Assembly (NCBI GenBank): GCA_963765495.1
Contig: CAVXWP010000009.1
Span: 64,001-128,000 of the forward strand
Direction: 5' to 3'
Length of the DNA: 64,000 bases
Source: Blastocatellia bacterium
Lineage (GTDB): Bacteria; Acidobacteriota; Blastocatellia; UBA7656
The notes beneath the pieces are model-generated. The model ran no database searches, had not been told where the DNA came from, and saw only the letters and a program-made list of their open reading frames with translations. Numbering within the stretch: the first letter of the stretch is position 1; each line of letters starts with the position of its first letter. Positions 20,039-31,482 of the stretch are shown in pieces. The position numbers and the translations under genes were made by a program.

Positions 20039-22258
20039 TCATTTGAAGTTCTTCATGAGAACTACATCGCTGGTCTTAACCCCCTGAGCGTAGACGAGAC
20101 TCTTACCGTCGGGCGACCAGTCGAAACAGAAAATCTGATTATCGCGAAAGGCGGTCAAGGGTCTGGGCGGGCCTCCGTCAAGGGGCCGACTCCATAGATT
20201 AGAGATTCCGCCGCGATTATCTATATAGGTGAGAGAGCGACCATCAGGCGACCACCTGACCGGGACATCCCCGGTCGAGCCCACGGCGGTCGAAGGGAGC
20301 GAAAAGGGTTGTGGTTTCTGCTCTCCGTCAATAGAGATTATCTCTCTCGCCCATTGCTGCGGGTGGGCATCTTCATCCCAGTATGAATAGGCTATGCGCT
20401 TTCCATCGGGCGAGATAGCAGGAAGCGAGGAATGCCTTGTAGTGAGTTTGACAGGCGGACCGCCCTCGACAGCCATTTTCCAAAGCCCTTTATGGCCGGT
20501 CTCGGAAGCGTTGTAGACCACCCAGGGACTTTCGGCCGAGCAGTTTGGCGACCACTCTCCGCTGCCCGTGGTCAATTGCATTTGATTGCGTCCATCAATA
20601 TCCATCCTCCAGATATGAGGCCTGCCCGCGCGGTTTGAAAAGAAGACGATATAGCGACCGTCGGATGAAACGGATGGTTCGATATCTATGCCCGGATCGC
20701 TCGTCAATTGTTTTCGATTGCTGCCATCCTGATCCATTATCCAGATATCGGGGTTGCCGTCGGCCCGCGATACATAAACAATTCTGCCGTCGGGTGTCCA
20801 GCATACGCCTATGCCTTCGATCCTGCCGGAGGTGATCTTTCTCGATTTTGCAAAATCGTCGGACGGCGCTACCCAGACGTTTGAATAGACATCCTCCTGG
20901 ACCGTGACCAGCGTGCTTGAATCCGCCGTCAGGCTCAACCCGCGATAGCCGGTTACCTCGCTTGTAAGTTTTCGAGCCTCGCCGCCGGGATAAGGCACGA
21001 ACCATATTTGGGGCTCGCTCTGCTCCTGATCGAGGGCTATCATCATAAGACCATCGCCCGATCTGAGCCATTCAAACTCGCCTATGTAGGGCCATTTTTG
21101 AGGGCTGATCATATGACCAGCGCTGCCGTCTATCGGCATCTCGCATAGCTGCATGTAACTTACGCCCTTATTGCCTACGCTGCCTACGGCGCAGGCAAGC
21201 GATTTGCCATCCGGCGACCAGGCCACGTAGTTTACCCACTCGCCGCAAGCGCTCGTCGAAAGGCTTTGCTCTTCGGTCCCGTCTATGTTGGCTATTATCA
21301 ACCCCTCTTTTGATTCGGCGGCGTAGCCTCTTATAAAGGCGATATGTTTGCCGTCGGGAGAGACGGAAATTGACGGCAGGACATCGTAAATGATCCTCTT
21401 TGAAACGCCGCCGAGCACGGGCACCTGATAGATAGCCCCGACGCTATTCTTATCCCACAGGTTGTAATAAATATAGTTGCTGTCGCTTGAGAAACTCAGC
21501 CCCTGATAACTCACATCGGCGGGCGGAATTATTTGAACATTGCTCGGCGTGGCGACCTGTTTGATCCACAAAGATTGCTTTGCGGCATCGTTTACCACAT
21601 AGGCCACATATTTGCCGTCGGGCGATATGGCGGCGTCTATGGTCTTGCCTGTGGCAGTAAATCGCGTGACGTTTATTGATTTGTAAGGCGCGGGCGCGAC
21701 TTTATCTCTCAGCAGGAAGATATACGTGATGCCGAAAAGGGCGATAAAGGCCATCACAAGGATTGCCGCCATTTTTTTCTCGCCGCGCGCTTTTGCCGGG
21801 GCCTGATATAGGGCTAAAGGCTGTTCGTACAGTCTGATCGATTCATCGGCAGGAACCGGCACGCGCTCAGGCGCTTCAGCGCTATCGAACGCGGCTTGCT
21901 CGGACTCGGGCTCGGAGGGTTCATCCATCACCTCTATGACATCGGCGATAAATCGGTAGCCGCGTTTGGGGACTGTCTCGATATAATGCTGGCCATTATT
22001 CTTTCCGTTGCCGAGAGCCTTTCTGAGGGTAAAGATGTTTTGAGCAAGCGTGGCCTCTTCAACAAAGGTATCGGGCCAGATCTCTTTCAGCAATTCGTCC
22101 TTCTCAAGCACGTGTCCATTATTTTGAACCAGCACCAAAAGCGTCTCCATCGCCTTTGGAGTGAGCGGAACAAGTTCGCCTTCGCGCAGCAAGACCCGCT
22201 CCCGGCGGTCGAGCCTGAAGGGACCGAATTCGTATAAGTGATGTGTTTGCGTGCTCAT
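20039..22258 (-). CDS. Membrane-anchored regulator: OmpR/CadC-type winged HTH, one TM, TolB/PD40 beta-propellers
   Basis: YEFGPFRLD, LTPKA, IWPDTFVEE, IETVPKRGYRF; TM MAAILVMAFIALFGITYIFLL; many SPDG repeats. Confidence 0.92.
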   Translation of the reverse strand: MSTQTHHLYEFGPFRLDRRERVLLREGELVPLTPKAMETLLVLVQNNGHVLEKDELLKEIWPDTFVEEATLAQNIFTLRKALGNGKNNGQHYIETVPKRGYRFIADVIEVMDEPSEPESEQAAFDSAEAPERVPVPADESIRLYEQPLALYQAPAKARGEKKMAAILVMAFIALFGITYIFLLRDKVAPAPYKSINVTRFTATGKTIDAAISPDGKYVAYVVNDAAKQSLWIKQVATPSNVQIIPPADVSYQGLSFSSDSNYIYYNLWDKNSVGAIYQVPVLGGVSKRIIYDVLPSISVSPDGKHIAFIRGYAAESKEGLIIANIDGTEEQSLSTSACGEWVNYVAWSPDGKSLACAVGSVGNKGVSYMQLCEMPIDGSAGHMISPQKWPYIGEFEWLRSGDGLMMIALDQEQSEPQIWFVPYPGGEARKLTSEVTGYRGLSLTADSSTLVTVQEDVYSNVWVAPSDDFAKSRKITSGRIEGIGVCWTPDGRIVYVSRADGNPDIWIMDQDGSNRKQLTSDPGIDIEPSVSSDGRYIVFFSNRAGRPHIWRMDIDGRNQMQLTTGSGEWSPNCSAESPWVVYNASETGHKGLWKMAVEGGPPVKLTTRHSSLPAISPDGKRIAYSYWDEDAHPQQWAREIISIDGEQKPQPFSLPSTAVGSTGDVPVRWSPDGRSLTYIDNRGGISNLWSRPLDGGPPRPLTAFRDNQIFCFDWSPDGKSLVYAQGVKTSDVVLMKNFK

Positions 22259-22265
22259 AACTGCC

Positions 22266-22334
22266 TTTCAAAACTCTTTAAAAACTCTTTCAAGAAAATT
22301 TGGAAGTCGTTTTGAAGCCTCTCTAAAGACTTTT
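22266..22334. promoter_or_regulatory. 11-bp-period direct-repeat array (putative wHTH operator)
   Basis: TTTCAAAACTC TTTAAAAACTC TTTCAAGAAAA TTTGGAAGTCG TTTTGAAGCCT CTCTAAAGACT TTT. Confidence 0.65.
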
Positions 22335-22546
22335 CCCCGGCCCCCTGCGTACGATCGTCTGTGAAGCGAGACGATGTCTTGAATACGAATTTCATTCGCT
22401 TCGGAGTTCGAGAATTTAGTGATTCTCGGGCAGAAACGGTTTCAGGATTTATGAAAGAAGAAAAAGAAAATTCAATCATCGGTTCAGAATGGAGTTTGGA
22501 TGCGGGCTTGCGGGCCTGCTGGACGGAAGTACGGAAGGAGAAAAAA

Positions 22547-22972
22547 ATGAAAAGACATGCCTATAGAGTTTTCGCTACCTTGAGCCTCTTGCTCGCGCTT
22601 GGGCTTACAACAATCAACGCTCAATCGTTTGACAGGCTGGAGGTCAACGTCCCGTTCCAGTTCACAGCCGGAGGCAAAACGCTTCCCGCCGGGGCGTACA
22701 CGATCCGACAGGTAGATACGCGCAGGCTATTGATAGAGAGCGTCGATGGCGACCAATCTGCATTAATCCTGATCAACACCGTTCAGGCAAAGAGATTCAC
22801 ATCGAAAGCGAAGGTGATCTTCAATCGATATGAAAACAGTTATTTTCTTTCAGAGGTGCTCGGCCCCGGTACAGAAATATGGCGGCAAGAGCCCAGGTCG
22901 AACGCGGAAGCCAGGCTTGCAAAAACCGCCGCGCCACCTCAAGTGATCTCTGTCGGCAACGACCGGCAGTGA
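22547..22972 (+). CDS. Small secreted beta-rich hypothetical protein
   Basis: AAGGAG RBS, signal peptide ending INA-QS; VPFQFTAGGKTLPAGAYTI and VIFNRYENSYFLSEV motifs. Confidence 0.8.
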   Translation: MKRHAYRVFATLSLLLALGLTTINAQSFDRLEVNVPFQFTAGGKTLPAGAYTIRQVDTRRLLIESVDGDQSALILINTVQAKRFTSKAKVIFNRYENSYFLSEVLGPGTEIWRQEPRSNAEARLAKTAAPPQVISVGNDRQ

Positions 22973-23079
22973 GTGCCAACATAGCTGATCCTTTGGGTGC
23001 GCTTCCAATGCCTCGGAGGCGCACCCGTTTTCTCCCCCGATGTTATAGTTCTCCTCATGATCATAGCTATGCGAATAGA

Positions 23080-23182
23080 AATAGGCCGCGGATGACGCGG
23101 ATGCGGCGGATCTACGCGGATCTGACATAATATGAGCTAATCCGCGCTAATCCGCCGCATCCGCGAAAATCCATGGTCTATT
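23080..23182. repeat. Palindromic 9-mer-arm element E2 (inverted relative to E1)
   Basis: AATAGGCCGCGGATGACGCGGATG ... ATCCGCGAAAATCCATGGTCTATT; core is the reverse complement of the E1 core. Confidence 0.9.
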
Positions 23183-23258
23183 CCCCTTTTCCCTACCTCG
23201 AAATATCCGATATAGTCGTAGACCTGAGCAGCCTCACCAGACATTTTTTTTCAAAGGT

Positions 23259-23284
23259 GTTAATAAATTCGCTTTTGGAGCGTT
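23259..23284 (+). promoter_or_regulatory. Putative ECF autoregulatory promoter
   Basis: TGTAAT-N16-CGTT directly upstream of the ECF sigma gene. Confidence 0.45.
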
Positions 23285-23317
23285 TCTATGAGTGGAGACG
23301 ACGTAAAGGAGGACAAT

Positions 23318-23866
23318 GTGCAAATAGCTGTCAAACACCTTAGATCGCTCCCCGATCCGCTCGAAGAGGTGGGAATTCTCTTTCGAGAGCATCAGGATCG
23401 GGTATTTCGGGCCGCCTACCGCGTCACGGGCAGCGTAGTAGATGCCGAAGATGTGTTGCAGACGATCTTTCTCCGCCTTGTGAATCGCAAGGAGAAGAAA
23501 GACCTGTCGCCAAGCCCGGGAGCCTATCTCTATCGGGCCGCGATCAACGCATCTCTCGACCTTATGCGCAGCCGCAGCCGCGTTGTGGCTGTACCTTACG
23601 AAGAGGTAGCCTCACTTTCTGCCGATAGCTCCTCGCAGAATCCCGAGACCGAACACGCCGACCGCGAACTGAAAAAGCATATTCGGCAATCAATCGCCTG
23701 TCTTGGAACGAAAGCCGCCGAGGTCGTAGCTCTTAAATACTTTGAAGGCTACGGCAACCGCGAGATAGCCGAAATGCTCGGCATGTCACAGATGGTCGTG
23801 GCCGTCGTCCTTCACAGGGCGCGCACGCGTCTTCGCAAAGAGTTAGGCAAGTTTTTGGAGGAATAA
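23318..23866 (+). CDS. ECF RNA polymerase sigma factor
   Basis: Region 2 DAEDVLQTIFLRL/YLYRAAIN; region 4 EIAEMLG...LHRARTRL; GTG start after AGGAGG (alternative ATG at 23288). Confidence 0.92.
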   Translation: MQIAVKHLRSLPDPLEEVGILFREHQDRVFRAAYRVTGSVVDAEDVLQTIFLRLVNRKEKKDLSPSPGAYLYRAAINASLDLMRSRSRVVAVPYEEVASLSADSSSQNPETEHADRELKKHIRQSIACLGTKAAEVVALKYFEGYGNREIAEMLGMSQMVVAVVLHRARTRLRKELGKFLEE

Positions 23867-23868
23867 TA

Positions 23869-26574
23869 ATGAAACCGACTAATAAATACCTTAATGAGAC
23901 CCTTGACCGCGTCACCGCCGAAATCCGAAACGAAGAGCCTGACCCTGCGGCGGTGGCAAACGCAGCGGATCGCGTCTGGGCGCGAATTTCAGCCGAGCCC
24001 GCCGAGGCCGGATTGTCTGCCGCGCCCTCGGGACAAATCCGAAACTGCGAGGACTTTCAATCGCTCATCCCCGCTTACCTGAGCGGAAGTCTCACCGATG
24101 CTCGCGCCCTGTTGCTTGAAGATCACACTCACGAGTGTATCCCGTGCCGCAAGGCGCTCAAGGCAGCAAAGACCGGCAGCGCTCCGTCAAAACCAGTCGC
24201 GATGCCCGGCGCGCAGCGCTCTTTCCTTACCCGACGGCCCGTTGTGAGATGGGCCATCGCCGCTACGGTAGTGCTTGCGCTCGGCATCACCACGATGATC
24301 TTCTCGGAGCGATTCTCGCGTTCGACCGACGCGTTTCGCGCCATAGCCTCTATCGTAAACGGGCCGGTTTACGTAGTGGCCGACACCGAAACCCGCCCGA
24401 TTCAACAGGGCGAACAGATAAAGACCGGCGAAGAGATTCGCATAGCCAAAGACGCGGGCGCGGTCGTGACCCTGCCCGACGGATCTGAGATAGAGACAAA
24501 AGAGCGCTCGGAGTTTTCAATCTCCGAAGGCTCGGAGGGTGTAACCATTCACCTGGACCGGGGCAATATCATCGTCCAGGCCGCAAAACAGCGCTCGCGC
24601 CATCTCTTTGTCGCGACCAAAGATTGTCTTGTGTCGGTGACGGGGACGATCTTTTCGGTCAACAGCGGGACCAAGGGCGCGCGAGTTTCGGTGGTAGAAG
24701 GAGAAGTACACGTAGATTATGCCGGGAAAAAGCGAGTGCTCCATCCCGGCGAGCAGGTCTCGACAACCGAAAGCATAGAGCCGGTGCCGGTAAAAGAAGA
24801 AGTCGCGTGGAGCCGCAATTCCACTCGTTACAACGCGCTGCTTGCCGAAGCGGCCGAATTGCGAAAAGAGCTGGACGCGCGCGTCTCGATGCCCGAAGTC
24901 CGTTATTCGACCAGCCTGCTCGACCGCATGCCCGAAGGCACGGTCCTTTATGCGGCGATTCCAAACCTGAGCGCCACACTGAAAGAGTCGAGCCAGATAA
25001 TCGAGGAGCGCCTACAACAGAACGCCGACCTGCGCGAGTGGTGGGAAGGCAATCAAACAGCAGGCGGCAGGCCGGGTTTCAAGCAGGTTGTAAACAAGGT
25101 CTCTGAATTCGGCGAGTACCTCGGAAATGAGATGGTCGTGAGCGCCCGCCTCAACGCAAACGGCGAGCCTGACGGGCCTCTGGTTCTCGCGGAATTGACA
25201 AACCCGGTCGCCTTTCGCGCCTATCTGGATCAGCAGATAGCCGCAATCGGCGCGGGCGAACACAAAGGGCCGGGCATTCGCATTGTTGACGACCCGCTCA
25301 CGGCCACGACAACCTCTGACGAGAAAGGGCAATCGGACCTGTTCGTATGGATAAATGATTCGCTGGTCGCCGCATCTCCCAGGCTTGAGCTTTTGCAGCA
25401 ACTCGCAACGAGCCTGAAGTCTTCGGGGGCAAACCCCTTCCTGACGAGTTCTTTTCACGCCTCGATTGCCGGGCTCTATTCGGAAGGCGCAGGCTTTATA
25501 GTGGCTGCCGATCTGGAAAAGATCCTTTCCCAGTCGCTCAAAGGAGCCGCGAAATCAGGCGAAGCGAAAGAGGGCGAAGCGAAGGAGGGCGGAGCGTTTC
25601 AACAACTCGGTTTGCAGAACCTGAAGCACTTCATCGTAGAGATGAAGATAAAGGACGGGCAGCCGCAGAACCGCGCCGTCTTGAGCTTTGACCCGGCGAG
25701 CAAAGGCATTACATCGTGGCTCGCAGAACCCGGCCCGATGGGCGCTCTCGGGTTCATTTCGCCCGATGCCAACGTGGTGGCCGCCTTCGTAGTCAAGCAG
25801 CCCGTATCGCTTGTCGATGATCTGCTTGGCGCGATGAATACGGTTGACCCGAACATCCAGCAAATAATCAGCGGGTTCGAGCGTTCAAGCGGCATCGACA
25901 TCCGCAACGACATCGCCGCGCCTCTCGGCGGAGAGTTCGCCTTTGCCGTTGACGGGCCGCTTTTGCCTACGCCTTCGTGGAAGATGGTCTTTGAGGTAAA
26001 CGACCCCGCGCACCTGCAACAGACATTCGAGCGGGTCGTGGACCGATTGAACGCCTATGCCCGTATGGTTGGCAAGAGCGGGCTTGAGTGGGATCGCGAA
26101 GAGATCGGCGGGCGCACTTTCTACACTCTGAAATCGGCTCAGGTCGGGGCTGAGTTAAACTACACCTACGCCGACGGCTATCTGATCGCAGCGCCGAGCC
26201 GCGCCCTCGTTGACCGCGCCATCCGCTATCACGAATCGGGCTATACGCTTGTGCATTCGCCCAGATTTATAGCCGCGCTGCCGGAAGATCGAAACCCCAA
26301 CTTCTCGGCTTTCGTCTACCAGAACCTGACCTCGATGATCGGGTCGGTCGCAGGTCGCGTAGGCGGGGCAAGCGGGAAGATGTCGGAAGATAAACAGGCA
26401 GCTTTGAAATCGCTCACCGACGCGGCCCCGGTGCTGGCTTATGCCTATGCCTACGGTGACCGCATAGTATTTTCCGCAAACAGCGAAGGCAAGCCTTTCG
26501 CTTTGACACCGGGCACGCTGATGAGCTTGCCTTTCGCATTCGGGCCGCACGCATCGGAGGATGAGTCTAAGTAG
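23869..26574 (+). CDS. Anti-sigma factor: HxxxCxxC zinc finger, TM, FecR domain, large periplasmic C-terminal domain
   Basis: [12 protein letters not shown]...HTHECIPC; one TM; FecR motifs [25 protein letters not shown]; starts 2 bp after the sigma stop. Confidence 0.85.
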   Translation: MKPTNKYLNETLDRVTAEIRNEEPDPAAVANAADRVWARISAEPAEAGLSAAPSGQIRNCEDFQSLIPAYLSGSLTDARALLLEDHTHECIPCRKALKAAKTGSAPSKPVAMPGAQRSFLTRRPVVRWAIAATVVLALGITTMIFSERFSRSTDAFRAIASIVNGPVYVVADTETRPIQQGEQIKTGEEIRIAKDAGAVVTLPDGSEIETKERSEFSISEGSEGVTIHLDRGNIIVQAAKQRSRHLFVATKDCLVSVTGTIFSVNSGTKGARVSVVEGEVHVDYAGKKRVLHPGEQVSTTESIEPVPVKEEVAWSRNSTRYNALLAEAAELRKELDARVSMPEVRYSTSLLDRMPEGTVLYAAIPNLSATLKESSQIIEERLQQNADLREWWEGNQTAGGRPGFKQVVNKVSEFGEYLGNEMVVSARLNANGEPDGPLVLAELTNPVAFRAYLDQQIAAIGAGEHKGPGIRIVDDPLTATTTSDEKGQSDLFVWINDSLVAASPRLELLQQLATSLKSSGANPFLTSSFHASIAGLYSEGAGFIVAADLEKILSQSLKGAAKSGEAKEGEAKEGGAFQQLGLQNLKHFIVEMKIKDGQPQNRAVLSFDPASKGITSWLAEPGPMGALGFISPDANVVAAFVVKQPVSLVDDLLGAMNTVDPNIQQIISGFERSSGIDIRNDIAAPLGGEFAFAVDGPLLPTPSWKMVFEVNDPAHLQQTFERVVDRLNAYARMVGKSGLEWDREEIGGRTFYTLKSAQVGAELNYTYADGYLIAAPSRALVDRAIRYHESGYTLVHSPRFIAALPEDRNPNFSAFVYQNLTSMIGSVAGRVGGASGKMSEDKQAALKSLTDAAPVLAYAYAYGDRIVFSANSEGKPFALTPGTLMSLPFAFGPHASEDESK

Positions 26575-26613
26575 TCGCGCTCTCTGACGCTGCAAGACAA
26601 TCGAATTTCAAAC

Positions 26614-26647
26614 GCCAGCCGGTAAAGATATATCTTCACCGGCTGGC
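26614..26647. terminator. GC-rich hairpin after the anti-sigma gene
   Basis: GCCAGCCGGT...ACCGGCTGGC; no clear U-tract. Confidence 0.45.
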
Positions 26648-26882
26648 ATAGGTGTGTTTGTTAATGAATCATAGACGGCTCGACATTACGGTTAATAAAA
26701 CGTCAGCGGGTGGGAACTCTCTACAATTCGATGGCGTAAGGCTTTTTGACCTCGGATGCTACCGAAGGCGCGGCAAAAAAAAGGCGAAGCAAAAAAAGCG
26801 AAGCAGTTGAAATCAACATGATCTCGAAAGACGCTGCTGTCTGAATTGCGCCCGGCACGATTTGATAAAGGAGAAGGTAAAA

Positions 26883-27713
26883 ATGAGACACAATGCATTT
26901 CTAATGCTGATCATAGCGACGGCCTTTTTAGCGATAACGCTACAGGTCACGGGATGCGGCCACGCGAGAAGACATTCAGACTCCAAAGGAGGTGAAGAGG
27001 ACTTCTCGGAGAAGGATGAAGTGAATCAGAGTTACAAACTCTCGCCGGGCGCACGCGTCGAAGTGTCGCGCATTGACGGTCCGGTCGAGATCGAGACGGC
27101 AGACATAGAAACGGCCGAGGTTCACGTAATCCGCTCTGCCCGCAACAAAGAAGACCTGGAGCACCGCAAAGTCTCTATTGAGGGCACGCCGACAAGTCTG
27201 ATCATCCGTGGCGATAAGGATGAGATGAAAGGAATATTCTCTATATTCGGGCCGCACATCAGAGTTCGCCAGCACGTTATGTTGAGGCTGCCGCGCAAGA
27301 TCGCGCTTGAGACAAGCGGGATAAACGGCACGGTCGCCGTAGGCGAGATCGAAGGCGCATTCGAAGCGAGCGGCATAAACGGCGCGGTCAAGGTAGCACA
27401 GGCCGGAGAGTCTGCGGAGTTTTCAGGCATAAACGGCAGGGTGGAGGTCAACATCAAGAACCTGGGCTCGAAAGGCATTGATCTAAGCGGGATCAATGGT
27501 CCGGTCGATCTCTGGTTTGCCGACGACCTCAACGCCGATCTCAACGTGAGCGGTATTCATGGATCTGTTATAGCCGATCTTCCAAACGTGACTATGGAAG
27601 ACAAGAAAGAGCGCAATAACTACCGCGCTCGCATAGGCGAAGGCGGCGCTTCCATCTCGGTTTCGGGCATCAACGGCAATGTCAAACTGGCGAAAGCGAC
27701 GAGTAAAGGATGA
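26883..27713 (+). CDS. DUF4097-like beta-helix repeat lipoprotein
   Basis: Lipobox-like VTGC; repeated SGING motif. Confidence 0.75.
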   Translation: MRHNAFLMLIIATAFLAITLQVTGCGHARRHSDSKGGEEDFSEKDEVNQSYKLSPGARVEVSRIDGPVEIETADIETAEVHVIRSARNKEDLEHRKVSIEGTPTSLIIRGDKDEMKGIFSIFGPHIRVRQHVMLRLPRKIALETSGINGTVAVGEIEGAFEASGINGAVKVAQAGESAEFSGINGRVEVNIKNLGSKGIDLSGINGPVDLWFADDLNADLNVSGIHGSVIADLPNVTMEDKKERNNYRARIGEGGASISVSGINGNVKLAKATSKG

Positions 27714-27723
27714 AGGACTGGTT

Positions 27724-28638
27724 ATGGATTCAGTAATTGATCTTGACGGACTTGGAGTAGTCTTTGGCGGGCGGCCCATACTGAAAGACCTGCATGGCGA
27801 GTTGCGCGGGCGCGCTATCGGGCTGCTGGGGCCAAACGGCGCGGGCAAGACTACGCTGATTCACACGCTGCTCGGGTTTCATCCGCCGTCAAGCGGGACG
27901 GCCCGCATATTTGGCCGCGATATAAATGGAGAGGCGAAAAAGATTCGCACGCTGATCGGCTACATGCCTGAGCGAGACTCTTTTATCGCCAACATGACGT
28001 GCGTTCATTTCGTCCGTTTGATGGCCGAGCTTTCCGGCCTTCCCTCCGATGCGGCGCTTGAACGCGCGCACGAGGCTCTCTTTTATGTAGGGCTTGGCGA
28101 GGCGCGTTATCGCAAACTCGGCACATACTCGCTAGGGATGAAGCAACTGGCCAAGCTGGCTCAGGCGATAGTTCACGGCCCAAAGCTGATCTTTCTCGAC
28201 GAGCCTACAAACGGTCTCGACCCTCCGGCGCGTCTTCGCATGCTCGAACTCGTTCGTCAGATTCGCGACAGCGGACGGGCTCATATAGTGCTGTCGTCCC
28301 ATCTGTTGCGCGATGTCGAAGAGTGCTGTGAAGAGATACTCGTGATGAAGGAAGGCCGCATAGTCACCTACTGCAATCTGGAAGAGGAGCGAAAGGCAAA
28401 TCTGAGATTCCTCGAACTCGAAACAAGAGGCGATCAGGACGCGTTTGCAGAAGCCGTAGGCACGCTCGGTTGCGAGTACGCAATGACCGGAGATCGCAGA
28501 ATCAAGGTAATCTTGCAGGACGGCATCGAGATACGCGATCTGTACCGGCTGGCCTCGGAAAGTCAGGTTCAGATTCGCCGCCTAAATTACAAGCGCGATT
28601 CGCTCGAAGATATTTTCCTGAAGGCGATGGAGGAATAG
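27724..28638 (+). CDS. ABC transporter ATP-binding protein
   Basis: Walker [24 protein letters not shown]. Confidence 0.93.
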   Translation: MDSVIDLDGLGVVFGGRPILKDLHGELRGRAIGLLGPNGAGKTTLIHTLLGFHPPSSGTARIFGRDINGEAKKIRTLIGYMPERDSFIANMTCVHFVRLMAELSGLPSDAALERAHEALFYVGLGEARYRKLGTYSLGMKQLAKLAQAIVHGPKLIFLDEPTNGLDPPARLRMLELVRQIRDSGRAHIVLSSHLLRDVEECCEEILVMKEGRIVTYCNLEEERKANLRFLELETRGDQDAFAEAVGTLGCEYAMTGDRRIKVILQDGIEIRDLYRLASESQVQIRRLNYKRDSLEDIFLKAMEE

Positions 28639-28640
28639 CG

Positions 28641-29525
28641 ATGGCAGTTTATGAACACACCTATAAACCCTACGCGGGGAGCCTGACGCCGGAATGGTCT
28701 CGCTTTTTGATTATCCCGCGTCATGCCTACAGAGACATTTTTCAATCGAAGCTCTTTACGGGTTTTTTCGCCATCAGCTTTGTGCCCGCGCTCGTCATGG
28801 CGATTCTGATCTATTTGCACCACAACATCAACGCGCTCGATATCCTCGATTTGAACGTGTCGAATCTGCTTCCGATTGATTCAAATTTCTTTCGAGGTTT
28901 TGTGATGATCCAAAGCACGTTCGCCTTTCTGCTGACCGTGCTGATCGGCCCGGTTCTGATCTCGCGCGACCTTACCAATAACGCATTACCGCTCTATTTG
29001 TGCCGCCCCTTCTCGCGCGCCGAATATATCATAGGCAAGATGAGCGTGCTTGTAATTCTGATGTCGGCGATGACGTGGATACCGGGGTTGCTGCTCTTTC
29101 TTTTTCAATCTTATCTGGAAGGCGGCGGGTGGTTCATACATAACCTCTACATCGCAAACGCGATCTTTATGGTTAGCTGGGTCTGGATCATATTACTCTC
29201 GCTTTTGTCTGTGACCTTATCGGCGTGGGTCAAGTGGAGGATCGCGGCAAGCGCAGGCATCTTTGCCCTGTTTATGATTTCGAACGCGATCGGCATCTTC
29301 ATAAACGAGCTATTTAACACGGCGATGGGAAATCTCATCAATTTGAGCGCGATAATGCAGTCGATCACCGACGGGCTTTTTGTCTACACACGGAATTTTG
29401 AATATGATTATGCGGGTTACATGCCGCCTCCGGCGTGGAGCGCGTGGATTGCGCTGGGCTGTTTTTGCGCGGTATGTCTCGCGCTGCTCTCTCGGAAGGT
29501 GCGGGCTTACGAGGTGATCAAGTGA
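28641..29525 (+). CDS. ABC-2 type permease
   Basis: About 6 TM; [17 protein letters not shown]...YIIGK. Confidence 0.85.
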   Translation: MAVYEHTYKPYAGSLTPEWSRFLIIPRHAYRDIFQSKLFTGFFAISFVPALVMAILIYLHHNINALDILDLNVSNLLPIDSNFFRGFVMIQSTFAFLLTVLIGPVLISRDLTNNALPLYLCRPFSRAEYIIGKMSVLVILMSAMTWIPGLLLFLFQSYLEGGGWFIHNLYIANAIFMVSWVWIILLSLLSVTLSAWVKWRIAASAGIFALFMISNAIGIFINELFNTAMGNLINLSAIMQSITDGLFVYTRNFEYDYAGYMPPPAWSAWIALGCFCAVCLALLSRKVRAYEVIK

Positions 29526-30478
29526 TGAGCAACTCTGCTGAACATATGATCGTGTTTGAGGATGTCTCGAAGTTTTACGGAGAGATACTCGGGGTCAATC
29601 GAGTCAACCTCTCGATAGCGCCGGGAATCACGAGCCTGGTCGGGCCAAACGGTTCGGGCAAGACTACGTTGATGAACCTGATGACGGGGTTGATAAGACC
29701 CACGCGAGGGCGGGTCAGCATACTGGGCATCAGCCCCAATCAACCCGAAGAACTCTTTCGCAAGCTCGGTTACTGCTCACAATTCGATTCGTTCCCGAAG
29801 GGTCTGACGGGGTTTGAGTTTATCAGGTCGATGCTCGCGGTTCACGGCTACGCAAAAAAAGAGGCCGAAGAATTATCATTCAAGGCGCTCGACCGCGTGG
29901 GCCTTGTCGAAGCCGCTCATCGCAAGATAGCCGGATACAGCAAAGGCATGCGGCAACGAATCCGCCTGGGGCAATCAATCGCTCATAATCCATCGGTGAT
30001 GATACTGGATGAGCCGATGAACGGGCTTGACCCTATCGCCCGCGCTGAAACCATAAGGCTCTTTCGGCAGCTTGCAAAAGAAGGGTTGCATCTGATCGTT
30101 TCTAGCCACATCCTGCACGAAGTCGACACGATGAGCGATTGCGTGATCCTGCTAAACAACGGCTATGTAGTGGCCGAAGGCGACATACACGGCGTGCGCG
30201 ACGAGATGGAAGAACATCCCATGCAAATCCTTATTCGATGCGACCGCCCGCAGGCCCTCGCGGCGAAAGTATTCGAGCAGGATTCGGTAGTAGAGGCAAA
30301 GCTGCACAAGGACCATCGAGGGCTGTTTATCAAGACGCGCGACGCGGATGGGTTTTATCTGTTATTGAACAGAATAGTGCTTGACAGTGAGATCAATGTG
30401 GAGTCAATTGCGCCGGTTGACGATGATCTGAACGCGGTTTATCAATACCTGATCGGCTCGGGGGGAGAAAATTCATGA
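29525..30478 (+). CDS. ABC transporter ATP-binding protein
   Basis: [23 protein letters not shown]; TGATG translational coupling. Confidence 0.93.
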   Translation: MSNSAEHMIVFEDVSKFYGEILGVNRVNLSIAPGITSLVGPNGSGKTTLMNLMTGLIRPTRGRVSILGISPNQPEELFRKLGYCSQFDSFPKGLTGFEFIRSMLAVHGYAKKEAEELSFKALDRVGLVEAAHRKIAGYSKGMRQRIRLGQSIAHNPSVMILDEPMNGLDPIARAETIRLFRQLAKEGLHLIVSSHILHEVDTMSDCVILLNNGYVVAEGDIHGVRDEMEEHPMQILIRCDRPQALAAKVFEQDSVVEAKLHKDHRGLFIKTRDADGFYLLLNRIVLDSEINVESIAPVDDDLNAVYQYLIGSGGENS

Positions 30479-31335
30479 GCGCTACAATCGAAGTTGAACC
30501 GCTGGCGGCGTCCGACAATCGCCCGTGGGGTTTGTGGTTTCGTCAAATCAACGCCGTCGTCAGACTCGAAGTCAAGAAGAATTTCTGGGGTCGCCGGGCG
30601 TTTCTCATGTACCTGCTCGCGCTTGCGCCGGTCCTTATGCTGGCGGCGGTGACGCTGTCGGAATCCTCAAGCATAAGCCGCCATTTCGGGCAGGCGCTGA
30701 TCATCTTTGCAAACATCTATGAAGGGCTGATCCTGAGAACCGTGGTCTTTTTCGGCTGCGCGTGGATATTCATGAATCTGTTTCGCGGAGAGGTCATCGA
30801 TAAGAGCCTGCACTATTACTTTCTGTCGCCAATCCGGCGCGAGGTGCTCGTAGCAGGCAAATACATTTCGGGGCTCGTGACTGCTATAACCCTTTTTACG
30901 ATCACAACCGCAGGGTCGCTCTTCTTCTTCTATCTGGCCGTAGGCTACCCGACCAACGTTCGTCACCTCTTCGACGGCCCCGGGCTCGGGCAGGCGCTGA
31001 CATACATTGGAATCACGCTGCTCGGCTGCATAGGTTACGGCGCGGTCTTTCTGGTGATAGGGCTCTTTTTTAGAAATCCGATAATACCGGCGCTCGTCAT
31101 ATACGGATGGGAGTTTATAAACTTCCTGCTTCCGCCCGTGCTCAAGAAGATAAGCATCATACACTATCTTCATTCGCTGGCCCCGGTCCCCATTCCCGAA
31201 GGGCCTTACGCGCTGGTCGCCGAACCTACGCCCGCGTGGCTCTCTATTCCCGGTCTGTTGATAGTGACCGCACTCGTGCTTCTGTTTGCGAGCGTGCAGA
31301 TTCGCAGGACGGAAATCCGTTACGGCGGCGAATAA
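30475..31335 (+). CDS. ABC-2 type permease
   Basis: About 6 TM; [17 protein letters not shown]...GKY; ATGA overlap. Confidence 0.85.
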   Translation: MSATIEVEPLAASDNRPWGLWFRQINAVVRLEVKKNFWGRRAFLMYLLALAPVLMLAAVTLSESSSISRHFGQALIIFANIYEGLILRTVVFFGCAWIFMNLFRGEVIDKSLHYYFLSPIRREVLVAGKYISGLVTAITLFTITTAGSLFFFYLAVGYPTNVRHLFDGPGLGQALTYIGITLLGCIGYGAVFLVIGLFFRNPIIPALVIYGWEFINFLLPPVLKKISIIHYLHSLAPVPIPEGPYALVAEPTPAWLSIPGLLIVTALVLLFASVQIRRTEIRYGGE

Positions 31336-31389
31336 CTGAATCTTGCCGCCCGATACTGTCAATATAAAATTGAATGTAGGCCAGGAGGG

Positions 31390-31482
31390 AATAGACTGCG
31401 GGTTCGGCAGATCGACGTGGATTAAATCATGTAAGGTCAGACCCGCGTAAATCCGCCCGATCCGCGTCCGTCCCGGTCTATT
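31390..31482. repeat. Palindromic 9-mer-arm element E3
   Basis: AATAGACTGCGG ... GATCCGCGTCCGTCCCGGTCTATT; core GGATTAAATCATGTAAGGTCAGACCC. Confidence 0.85.

Noticed and set aside
26660-26684. Second ECF promoter (GTTAAT-N15-CGAC) before the DUF4097 gene
   Set aside because: Spacing and -10 differ from the candidate at 23259; not convincing.
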